This document shows positions 50,455-61,088 of a stretch of 64,000 bases of DNA, piece by piece (positions within the stretch are counted from its first letter, which is position 1; each line of letters begins with the position of its first letter). The notes below the pieces were generated by a model, which made no database searches, was not told the DNA's origin, and saw only the letters and a list, made by a program, of their open reading frames with translations. Origin of the DNA: Camelus dromedarius (Eukaryota); contig NC_087443.1 in the NCBI RefSeq assembly GCF_036321535.1, positions 60,760,001 to 60,824,000 of the forward strand. Direction: 5' to 3'. A program made the translations under genes and the position numbers.

Positions 50455-51259
50455 CTGAGATGAAAGAGGACTCGTCCCACAGGCCCGGAGCTCAATCAAC
50501 CTTAGCCCCTTCTCATTAAGTTTGGAGAAGGAAGGGGGAGGGGCAGCCGGCCGTTCCTCGGAGACCACAGCAAACATTTGCCTCCTCGTGTCTGGAGATG
50601 GAGCATCACTTAAGAGGAAATGAACCTGGTTAAGGGTCACGTCCAGAGGAGGGATAAAAGGAAAAGCCACAGATCTCCTCACACCGACGAACACAATGGC
50701 TTTAAGAAACAAATCAAAGCTCAGGGCTGAGGGTGGAGGTGGGGCGGGGGGGGCGCGTTGGCTTCCCTCTGTCCCCCAGACCCAGGCCTAGGGAGGCAGA
50801 GATTAGAGCAAAAGTGGGAGGCTCTCGCAAGGTTTCCTTCCCCAGAGCAAGCCTCTGAAAACATCTCTGTCTGTGTGAGCGCGAGCGACCCGAGCCCCCA
50901 GGGAGAGCCGGGAAGATGCTCTTTCCCAACGGAGCTTCCCAGCGAGGGTTTGACGAACGCTCCCCCCACCATCCATCAAAGCTCAGGCGGACAGATGACT
51001 TCACCGTTGTAACAGACAAGGGCAGCCACTTGCCAATTCCAATGCCAAAAAAAGAAAACGGGCGTTGGGGGGGAGGGTAGTGGAAGAAGGTCAGAAAAGG
51101 CTTCCCTGGAGATCACAGCCCTGCGAAGAAACTCCATTGCTGAGGGCTGCCCTGTGGGCACTTAGCTTCGCGACTTAGCGGGCAGGGGCAAGGGGCAGCC
51201 CGGGGACCCTCAGGGGGGTCCTGATCAGCCCCCCGCAGGGGTTGGTAGGGGGTACTCAC

Positions 51260-51331
51260 GTAGTGCTTGGAGGGATTCCTCCGCTTCTCCACGTCCACCA
51301 CGGTGGCATCTTGCACGCAGTAGGCGAGCAT
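51260..51331 (-). CDS. SH3PXD2A: SH3PXD2A (Tks5) coding exon 1, start of PX domain
   Basis: Minus-strand translation MLAYCVQDATVVDVEKRRNPSKHY matches the known Tks5 N-terminus. Tks4/SH3PXD2B begins differently (MPPRRSIVEV...). ATG at 51331-51329 in context GAAGATGC; ends at the donor TAC|GTGAGT; 72 nt, phase 0. Confidence 0.97.
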
Positions 51332-51367
51332 CTTCCCCCACAAAGCGAGTGGCGCCCCCCGGCGGCG

Positions 51368-51379
51368 TCACCTTCTCAT
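51368..51379 (-). promoter_or_regulatory. Minimal upstream ORF ATG-AGA-AGG-TGA (M-R-R-stop) in the 5' leader
   Basis: Read directly. uATG lies 48 nt upstream of, and in frame with, the main ATG. No other minus-strand ATG seen between 51332 and about 51660. Confidence 0.75.
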
Positions 51380-51577
51380 CCCGGTCGGGCTCCGGCTCCT
51401 TCTCCCGCTTCCCGGGTCCCCGGGGCCACCCGCCACCCTAGCCCGGCGCGCCGCTGCCCGGGCTCCCGGCGCCTACAGGTACGGCCGCGGGGCGGGGACA
51501 GTCCTAAGGGCACGCGGTCTCCGTGCGCCCGGGTGGCTCCCCGTGGGCCTGCCGCGCGCCCCTTCCCTCGCGCGCCT

Positions 51578-51612
51578 CCGCTGCTGCTGCCGCTGACGCC
51601 GCCGCCGCCGCC
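51578..51612. repeat. Interrupted CCG/CTG trinucleotide tract with (GCC)5
   Basis: ccg ctg ctg ctg ccg ctg acg ccg ccg ccg ccg cc; pure (GCC)5 at 51598-51612. Confidence 0.85.
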
Positions 51613-53449
51613 ACAGCTCTGGGGCTCGCCCGCCCGCTCTCTCCGCTGCCCGGTGGGTCCGGCGGGAACTGGCGGAGCAGAGGAGGGGCGGGGGTGTGTC
51701 CCGCCAGCGAGGGGACGGGGCGGGGGCCCCGGAGCCTGCTGTCAGCGCGCTTGGGGAGGGGCCAGCGGCGCCCCTTCGCCGAGCTCGGGCTCTGGGGGGC
51801 TCGGCGCTGGCGGAGTCTGTGGGCGCAGGAGGCGGAGGCAGGGCCGGGCAGGCAGGGAAGGGAAGGGAGGGGAGAGAGGGGAAGCGCGCGGGGAGGGGCT
51901 CTGGGCCCGGGGGAGGGGCTCGGGGCTACGGGGAGGGGGCTGCCGCCCGGCCGGAGAGGCCAGGGCGGGCCCGCGGGCCCCCACCGCGACGAGAGCGCGG
52001 CCAGCGGCCTGGCGCGGCGCTGGGCTACTTCACCGGGCACAGAAACTCAGGGTGGCATCGGAGGGAGGAGGGGCGGGGGGAAGGGAACCCAGAGCGCCCC
52101 AACCCTGGCTTTCCGCCTTGGAGCAGATTTGTGCCTTTCTGTCCCCACCTTTACAGCCTCCTCTCATTCCTATCCCCCAGATCTCTTTAATGAAAAGTAG
52201 TTTATTACCCTGCTGTTACTGCCCAGGCCCTCTGAGGAGGAGACAGGAATGGGGAAGCAGCCGGCATTAAATCCTTCAAGCCAGAGCCTCTTTTGATAAA
52301 CCACCTGCCCCGCTGCGGGTCGCAAATGGTAAATTCTCCCCTGAAATGTGATCGATCCGTTGTCTGAGTCGTCCATCGATCTGGGCCTGGGTAACCAGCC
52401 TGTGATATCATTTACCAGTGAGGTTGCAAGACTGCAGAACACCAGTGTCTTAAGCCCAGGGCTTCCCTGGGACCCTCCCCAGGTCGGTGAGGAGGGAAGA
52501 GGGCACACGGTGATGGGAAAATCCACTGGGTTGGGTTAGGGGGCCAGCTCAACATAGGCCCTAGGCGCTGGCTTTCTCACCGCTTCTCCCTCTGGTTTGG
52601 AAAACTGACTTTATAAGCCACTTGCCAATCTCTGGACTCGAGGCACAACTGCTACTGAATTTAATTTAACCCCCTCATCCACCATCTATTTCAAAATATT
52701 TTTTCCATTCTAGTTTCAAATATTTAAAGAAGTAGTGTTTTCACAACTAATTCTATTGTTTCACAGTCACAACAAGCTTTGTGACTGTAGACCAGTGTAA
52801 AGCATCTGAAATGCAGGCCAAGGGTTTCACAACCTAACTATATTAATACTTTATTCTCTGCACCGTCAGAACCCATGGAGCAACCTAAGACTTTAGTCCA
52901 CATTTGCTTGGTACGGAGTGCCCCACTATCCTCCCAACTTTCTTCGGGAAGGATGCTAGAACACCAAACGATGTTGCTATCTAAGTATTTGACCTGGAAC
53001 AAATCACTTAATACCACAGGCACTGGCGTCACCGCAGTGTTCTCATTTGTGAAATATAGGTGCTGATCTAGATGGTCTTTTAAGGTTCCTCCCAACACAC
53101 ACTCCAAACTTAGTAGTAACTCCTGTGGAGACAGTTTTGAGTTCTTTGTTTTTTTTTTGTTATTAGCATGTAGGGCGTTTGACATTTAAAAAATAAGTAT
53201 TTTTTAAAAATTTCTTCTCTAAAATTCTAGAATTTTAGGATTGATTGAGCACCTATGCTGTGTTCATTTACAAGGCATTTAAAAACATAGAGAGAGTGAG
53301 AGAATTCAGTTAATGTTAGTGGAACTGAAAACTGAATCCAATTGACAAATGCTCATCTCTTCCCTCAAAGAGAGTCCAGATGAGAAACAGGGATATCATT
53401 AAGATTATATCCAATAAAATGTGCATTAGGTTTCCAGAAAATAGATGCC

Positions 53450-53745
53450 TGGAGTAATCAAGGAGAACTTCTTGGAGGAGGCTGTCCCTGCACAGGGGAC
53501 TGGAGGATGGGCAGAGTTTGGAGTACCTTGGAATACTCTGCCTCCTCTGAACTCCTCCAAGCCAGCTGCACTTGCCCTGAGCTGCTTTGACATGTGCATA
53601 TTTGTCCATAACACACTTCATTTCCTCTGAAAACACCTGGTACACAAGGACTGGCTCTAAGTTATACTTCTTTGCACTCTTCATATAGCCAAGTACCGTA
53701 CCTTATACACAGTAGTAGTCACTATACAAGAATTTGTTGAATGAT
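53450..53745 (+). mobile_element. L2 3' portion (mixed with reverse L2 pieces nearby)
   Basis: cttatacacagtagtagtcactatacaagaatttgttgaatga. Confidence 0.5.
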
Positions 53746-56700
53746 CAAGGAGAGAAGAAAAAGTGGAGTGAGGACCCTGAAGCCTGAACCTGTGGGCAAC
53801 AGGCAGAGGGCCAGGAGGACAGTGTCTACCCAGGGAAGGGGTCAGTGAAGGGGGTGAGGCACAGGAAAAAGAAATAAGGAGTCCAGATCATAAGAGATCT
53901 GACACTAGGCACAGGGCTTCTCCATCAGAGAAGATGATAGAAAACCATTGTGGATGCTGGAGCAGATGTCCTGGGAAAAGGTGATCTGGCAGTGATGCTC
54001 AGTGATGGGGAAAGGAGGAGACAGGGCATCACTTCCTTGAGCAAGGCGATAGACCCAGGGTAGACCTGGGCTAGACCCTCATCTCTGAGCTCCTCAAGGG
54101 AAGGGCTGGGCTGTGGGAGCCTAGGAGGGCCTCCAATGAAGAATCAAGACAGTCTGTGGGTTCAAGGTGAAAAGATTCGTAATGGCACTCAGACACTCTT
54201 CCTCTGGGGCTGCAAGGTATTCCAGAAGTTCTAATTAAGCCTGAGAAGCCCCTGGTGAGGGGAGCTGGTGTTCAGCTGTTGGAAGGAAAGAAGAGGAGGG
54301 GGTTGGCTTGCCCTGGGTTCCCTGGTGAGTGCTTTTCCACTCACCCTCCTTCTTCTGGGTCAGGATCTGAACGTGGCCCTAAGCACAAGAGATGTAGAGG
54401 AGAGACGGAGGGTTCCATGTTCCCCTGCTGTCCTAGTGCCTCGGTGCTCACCTACAAGGTGATGGATGGCCTTCTTCCAGCCTAAGAAATCCCACACAAC
54501 TTGACATCTTCTAAATTCGGGGTCTTGAAGCACAACTTCAGTACTCCCAACTTCCCCCTGTGCTCCCCAATTACCTCAGTTGGAGGGAGCAACTGAGCAC
54601 CAGCCCCGACCCCAACCCTGTGGTGCCAAGATCCCTGGGGATTAGTTGGACAGAAGTTATTAATACTTGTGGGAGAAAAATCTATTTTCCCTCCTGGGGC
54701 TGTACAGCCAAAAGACTATAAAATGGTACAGGCTCTTCCTTCTTCCCTGGGTACATTTCAACCTCACACAGATTTCTTTCCCACAGTGCCTTAGGCATGA
54801 CTTTCTGTGCAACACACATTTACTGAGTGCCTCACATGTGCCTGGCACTTCCCCAGCAATAACTGAGACCGGCTGAAGGCTCCTTAGAGACAAGACTGTG
54901 TCCCGTTCATTCAATACCCAACATGCCTGACACATAGTAGGTACAATGGGTGGTTTGTATTGAAAACATCTGTTCAAGGAGCAAGTAGTGGTGGAGAAAA
55001 TTACGTAAATCCCTGTTTTGCCACCTCCATCCATGAACTGGGGATGACTCCAATCCAAGGACATTTCATTGCATGAGTTCAAATGACAAAACATAATTGC
55101 AGAAAAAAATTTTTTGGTTACAATAAATAAGGGAAAAGAGGACCCAAAATATAGACGGAAATTGGTTGGTTCCTAAAAGTCTGATTTTTCAAAACAAAAC
55201 TGTAGGATGCTTAGAACCAAAGAATTTTCCACCTGGAAGGGACCAGTGAAGTTATTTATTCCTTAATTTTATAGGGGAGCAAACAGCGGTCGAGAGAAAC
55301 TAAGCAAGCTGCCTGATGCCACACAGCCAGGGAGTCCTGCCGTCTTTATCCTCCACCACGCTTATGAGCCTGTTCACATGCGAGCAGAGTTCATTGAATG
55401 AGCACCCTTAGTGCATTTACAGACACATGCAGATCCAAGATGTTGCTCTCCTTTGAACCCCAGAGTCCTTCGTTCCAATTCTCCATTCACACAAGCATCA
55501 CAGGCTGCCTGGATCCCCCATCCAGGCAGGACCCTCCTCTAGGACAGGGACCACACGGTGTTCGACTCCACAGACCTTTTGTGCACATGCAAATCCTATC
55601 AACTTTCATATGCAGAGCTTACCCCACCTCCTCTCCCATGTAGTCTTCGTGACCATCCCAAAGACAATAAATACACAGAAGTAGTGAAAACAGTTACATT
55701 ACTAAACATTCATTCCAAATCATACATTGCCCTATGACAGCTCAGCCGCTACTGTACAGAACCCGTTTACATCTTTTATTATTTCTTAACTTTGCGGTGC
55801 TTAGGTTGTGACTTTGAAACCAATAAGAAGCCGGTGAAGGTCTTGAGGACCATGAACTTAACTCTGGCACCATGCTTTCCCTGCCCACCCCAACCATAGC
55901 ACCTTGGCCATCTGCTACACACAGAGCTTTATATGTGCCAGGCACCCGATAAATGATTGTCTTTTAAAATTAGGTTATTTGTAAATGCTGCTGATGAAAG
56001 CAATGCCTAAGAATTGAAGAGCGTTCCAGAGCAGGACTTACCCAACCTGGGTTCTAGTCCCGCTCAACCACAACCCAGCCTTGTGACCTTGAAGTCATGT
56101 CCCAGAGCTGGGTCTCTGGTGATTCTTCTGGTCCTGTGCATGCTCTGGGATGTGGATAAATATTATATAAAGTGAAGTCTAATGGGTCTAATGTGTTACC
56201 CAGAGATGTGCAAATTTGACTGAAATTTGGGGCCCCCTCCTGGCCAAAGTGGTTTTAGCACCTTTAACTCAAAGCAGCTGGCCCTGCTTTGTATCCCTTT
56301 CCGTCCCTGGCTGACCTCTGGCAGGAACAAGCACAAGGGCCTAGTACTGATAGCCTGCCAGGGTACAGACTATAAGCAGTCCAAGGTGTTCACTTGTCTC
56401 TCTTCCTTTGCTCTTTCTTCTCCTTCTTTCTTTCTCTTTTTCAAATCAGCCCTTATAGACTTATGTTTGGGGAGTGTCTTGAGAACGGTCCCTCCTGAAT
56501 TTGGAGTAGACAATGAGGTCAACTTCCATTTTCTCTAGAGGGAAGTAAATTATGGGCCAGACTTCTCCTCTCCCTGGTTGCTGGGGAATGGGACCAGGAT
56601 GAGACGCCAGAATTGCCCTGTCTGCTCTGCCCCATTGTTCACTAATTGCAGCCATAATAACAGGCCCCTCTTGCTTGCCAAACCACCAGGTGGTGGAAAC

Positions 56701-57697
56701 TGCCTCTCTGACTCCCAACACAGTAAGTTCATCAGCAAAACTTTGACGGGCTTCTTTACATGGTGCCAACAAGGGTCTCAGCTTCCCGTCTTAGCCTTGA
56801 CTCTGGTGAGGCCCTTATGCAACAGAATTTTTTTATAGAACCACTTCAAGTTCCAGCCTTAGCAAATGACCATGTTCCTGGAATGCCAGGAACAAGTCTG
56901 CTAACTTGCATGGCCAAAGAAGCCAAGGACATAATTAGATTCACAGAGGAAAAAAATATTATTCCGTAACTCCAGACTGCATCCTTAACGTTGACAGGAC
57001 ATCTGGTCTCCAAAGTAGCCCATTGTGTTTTGAGACCTTCAGGGATGAGGGTGTGGATGGTTTCATACATCCATCTCAACTACTGAACATGCCTTCAAGT
57101 GTATTTCTGCCTGGTAGGGGCTTCCCAGCATCATCTTGGTATATAAGATCGGTGTGCATAGTTCTATTTTAACCAGAGGCCACCACAGATTTTCTTTTTC
57201 AAAATCCCCTGTATTTTCCAGAAGCCAGCAAAACCTGAGTTGTCCACTAGATGACAAAAAGAATAGGGGGAAAAAATCCCTTGGGAAATTCAAAGCCAGC
57301 TTCTTAAAATAGTCTTAAGCCACAAATAACCAAAATTATGAGTCTGGTTTTGGTTTGACCTCTTCCCCCCGTCCCCCAGTTCTCTACTCAGAAATGTCAT
57401 AGAAATTACTGTTCTTCATCCTATTTGAATCCACACATCTATTTCAGGTAAAAGATTCCAGACTCCCAAAAGTCAAGTCTGGCTCCAGCTGATGTCCTGC
57501 CCTCTGTCTCAAGCAGAAGATATCCCATTGTCAGTTCATTTCTTACCCAACAGGCTAGGGCAGGCAGAGGAAGCCTTAGTAGGCTGGGTTTTCCCACCTG
57601 GGTGAATCTGGCTGGGATTTTGTCATCCACAAAGTATTGCCCCAGGCAGATGACTGATCACTTCGATTAATCTTACTGCCTTATATATAAACAGCAC

Positions 57698-58150
57698 ATG
57701 TTTTAGTTGAGACTCTTTGGTTTTCAAGTACTGGAAATTGAGCTGAGCCAGCTAAAAAAAAAAAAAAGGAGAGGAGACTATTTCCAATGTACAGTGGTGT
57801 CTCATTATCCATGCACATCTGGCTTCTCGGAGCAGAACCACGAAGTAGCAAATCTTTGAAAACAGGATAATTTTCTCCACCTCTTATCTCTGCTTAGCAC
57901 TCTGTGTCTGTCTTATTCTTTTCTATCTGTAGACCATTTTTCTCTGCTTTTTCATCCACATAGCACGAGTCCCGTACCACCCAAACGTCTTCCAGTCCCT
58001 CAGTTCCAGACACATCTGAGACTGGTTGCCTCTGGAGTCTAGAGCCCAATTTCCAGGAAAAGCAATCTGATTTGTCCACCTTGGGTCATGTGTTCATCCT
58101 GATCCAGTCAATTATCATGGGGTGAAGTCATGTAGCACAAATGTGATTAT
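57698..58150. mobile_element. Old MaLR LTR (MLT1-like)
   Basis: tgttttagttgagactctttggttttcaagtactggaaa ... tgtccaccttgggtcatgtgttcatcctgatccagtca. Confidence 0.5.
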
Positions 58151-58259
58151 CATGAGCCAATCGACTGAGTTGGGGAATTAATTCTAAGAAAGAGGGCTTG
58201 CGTGAGTGGCCCCCACACCCCAAAACACACCTACTAAATTACTGTTTACTTTTTCTAGG

Positions 58260-58500
58260 ATGTTATTCATTTATTTATTCACTCAATGAATATTTGTTAA
58301 GTTATCAACCTGTGTCACCTACTTTGTTAGGAAAAGCAGCTACACTTGGGGCAAACCAGAAAAGGTCCTTGTCCTTAGGGAGTTTTATCACTTGCGGGGA
58401 AGATAAAAATTGTTTTACAAATCATACAAATAAATGTGATATTATCATGGGGACCAATGTTATCAAGGCGGAGCAAGGTGTTATGAATGGTGGTAATCTC
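58260..58500 (-). mobile_element. L2 fragment
   Basis: attcatttatttattcactcaatgaatatttgttaag ... tccttgtccttagggagtttatcac. Confidence 0.7.
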
Positions 58501-59632
58501 TGGGGGTAAAGGTATAAAGTTTTAAATGGATTTATTTAAAAATTTAAAAAATTCTATAGTGTACCTGTCCTTCTGTAATCATAAAAGGGTTGTTTGAGGT
58601 TTTTTAAATTTGCATTTTGAAAGGATGAGGATGGTCCCCTGGTGAAGGGGCCTGGTGGGTGAGGGGGACAGTTGGTAGCTCTGCAGTGGGATACTACGAG
58701 AGGTGATGACAGCTTAGACTAGGCTGCTGATGGTCCTCGGTGGGCCAAAGGGAACTTTAGAAGGCAGAGCGGCCTTTGTTTGGTGACGTTTGTCAGGGAT
58801 GAGGGAAACAGAGGTGCTAAGGACAGTCATAGGTTCTTACCTGCTTATGTGTGGGATGACAGTGCTCCGTATTATTCTAACTTTGTTTGAGTCCGTCATA
58901 TATGGGAGCTGCTCTAGTCAACATCACAAGTCCCTTTTAGCTATAATAACAATCATGATAATAATAATAATAGTAACAATAACAATAGAAATACCAGCAG
59001 CTGTTTACTAAGCCCCTGCTGTGTGTTGTGCCAGGCAGTGTGCCGAGTAATCACTATGCTCCTGTATTTATTCCATAAATGGGAATTTGGCCACAAACAA
59101 GAGTGCCCTCCCTTGTGGCACTTACAGTCTAGGTGGAGGAAACCATGAATTAGGCAAGAAAAACCAAGACTTTGGGCCCCTTCAACTCTCTAGTATTTTT
59201 TAAATATTTGTTCAGCACTTATTTAATGAGGGCTGGAAGAAATAAATTTTCTATTAAGTGTGCATTTCTTCCCCTGCATTCAAAGTAAGGCATTTATTAC
59301 ATGGACTGAAAGCAGTATTTTCTAAGTCGTCCTTTAGCTCATGGTTTTACATACCTGGATGGTATCATTCATATGCTTGCTACGAGTAAAAGTAACTTAC
59401 GTGGATACAGCTTCAAACTTCTAGAAGATATTTTGACTTTGTTTGGTTTTACTTTAATGAAGGTCAGATGTTTCCATTTTTCTGGAGTTCTTGTTTTTTC
59501 TTTAATTTTAGGGGGAAGTGGAGGAGGCTTCTGAATAGTTAACTTCTTGGGAAGCATATTAAAAGGTTTGAAGTTACTTAAAACAAATCATTCCTTCCGA
59601 GGAAACAGAACTAGGCCCTGCTTCACTGCACA

Positions 59633-59659
59633 TTGACCTTGACCTTGACCTTGACCTTG
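59633..59659. repeat. (TTGACC)4.5 hexamer repeat
   Basis: ttgaccttgaccttgaccttgaccttg. Confidence 0.92.
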
Positions 59660-60139
59660 CAGCCAAGGGTGACAGAGCTTCTGCTGACAAGGTTCAGAGC
59701 TGGCCCAGCCCAGTCCCCAAGTGCAAAGCATCCTGCACAGGCACACTGCAGAAGGACTCCACAGAGATGGGAGGTGCTGGTGAGGAGGGATTCTGGATTT
59801 CCACCAGAGGATGCTGTTTATTGTGGTAGGAACTGGACCATCTGTGCCAGGAGAGCTTTGGAAAATCCCACTCTTTCAGGCCAATCTGCCTACTCTGCTT
59901 AACACATGAGGGGTCATCACTGCTCAGGCTTTTAGAAACAAAATAGAAAAATCTCACCAATGGACAGCCAGGCAACCATGTAGATCATGTCTGATGATTA
60001 ATTCATGATATTGCTAAAACGTAAGAATGCCAGCTTTGTAAGCACAGGGATGTTGGTCTGTTTTCTCACCATGACACCCACCAGTGCTGAGAACAATGTC
60101 TGACACGTGACAAGTTTCCCTCAGTGTTTGTTAAACAAA

Positions 60140-60203
60140 TGACAGTAAAAATTTTCACCTCTGGGGGGCCATATGATCTCTACTGCAATCACTCAACTTT
60201 GTC
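60140..60203 (+). mobile_element. MER58-like hAT fragment
   Basis: gtaaaaattttcacctctggggggccatatgatctctactgcaatcactcaactttgtc. Confidence 0.55.
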
Positions 60204-60695
60204 TAGTATACCTATATTATGATTCTGCGATTTCATTCCAATATATAGAGCCAAGAGAAATTAGTATATGTCCACCAAAAGAGAGTATAGAAATATTTAC
60301 AGCAGCATTATTCATCATAATTCAAAACTGAAAGCCACCCTAACGTCCACCAGTGCTGAGTGGGTCAATAGTGGTGTTACGTTCACCACAGCAGAATACT
60401 ATACACCAGTGATAAAGAGCAAACAGCTTCGTGCAGCAGACTGGGTGAAGCAATGCTGAGCAAAAACAGACAGACTCAAAGAGCACATACTGTATGATTC
60501 CATTTATACAATGTTCAAAACAATCCAAATTAAGTTACAGTGCTACAGGCCATATGAGTGGTTGTCTCTGAGAAATGTGAACTGGGAGGGGGCACAGAGA
60601 ACTGTGGGGTGCTGGAAATGGTCTCCATCTTGATCCGGGTGGAAGTCTTACCTGTGTGCTAGAGTTGTACACTTCAGCGGATGTATGTGATAGGT

Positions 60696-61088
60696 TGCTA
60701 TGGACTGAATGTTTGTGTCCCCTCAAAGCTCACATGTTGAAACCCTAATCCCNNNNNNNNNNNNNNNNNNNNNNNNNNNNNNNNNNNNNNNNNNNNNNNN
60801 NNNNNNNNNNNNNNNNNNNNNNNNNNNNNNNNNNNNNNNNNNNNNNNNNNNNNNNNNNNNNNNNNNNNNNNNNNNNNNNNNNNNNNNNNNNNNNNNNNNN
60901 NNNNNNNNNNNNNNNNNNNNNNNNNNNNNNNNNNNNNNNNAAACCAAGAAGATGGCCCTTACCAGATCCCATCCATGCTGGCACACTGATCTCAGACTTA
61001 CTGGCCTCCAGAAGTGTGAGAACTAAATGTCTGTTGTTTAAATCACTCAGTTTGTGGTATTCTTGTTATACCAGCCAGAGCTAAGACA
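60696..61088 (+). mobile_element. MaLR solo LTR (MLT1-like) spanning an assembly gap, inserted in an old L1 3' end
   Basis: tgctatggactgaatgtttgtgtcccctcaaagctcacatgttgaaaccctaatccc ... tgtttaaatcactcagtttgtggtattcttgttataccagccagagctaagaca. Confidence 0.88.
60753..60940. other. Assembly gap (N run)
   Basis: 188 N, inside an MLT1 LTR. Confidence 1.

Larger units (their letters stand above)
2676..51259 (-). other. SH3PXD2A: SH3PXD2A intron 1 (48,584 nt)
   Basis: GT...AG interval between exon 1 and exon 2. No intervening Tks5-coding sequence is expected because the two exons join in frame. Confidence 0.92.
50720..52110. promoter_or_regulatory. SH3PXD2A: CpG island / TATA-less promoter, 5' UTR and exon 1 of SH3PXD2A
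   Basis: Very GC- and CpG-rich, with several GC boxes (ggggcgggg at about 51490, 51690 and 51720). Exact TSS cannot be determined from sequence. Confidence 0.9.

Noticed and set aside
2676-51259. Recursive splice sites (AG|GT ratchet points) in the long intron
   Set aside because: Candidates found (for example a MIR-derived tttacAG|GTGAGG near 18835) lack clean polypyrimidine tracts; none convincing.
51242-52270. Long ORFs over the CpG island (342, 225, 178 and 164 aa)
   Set aside because: Pro/Gly/Arg/Ala-rich, non-ATG or antisense, and explained by stop-codon scarcity in GC-rich DNA; no recognisable domain.
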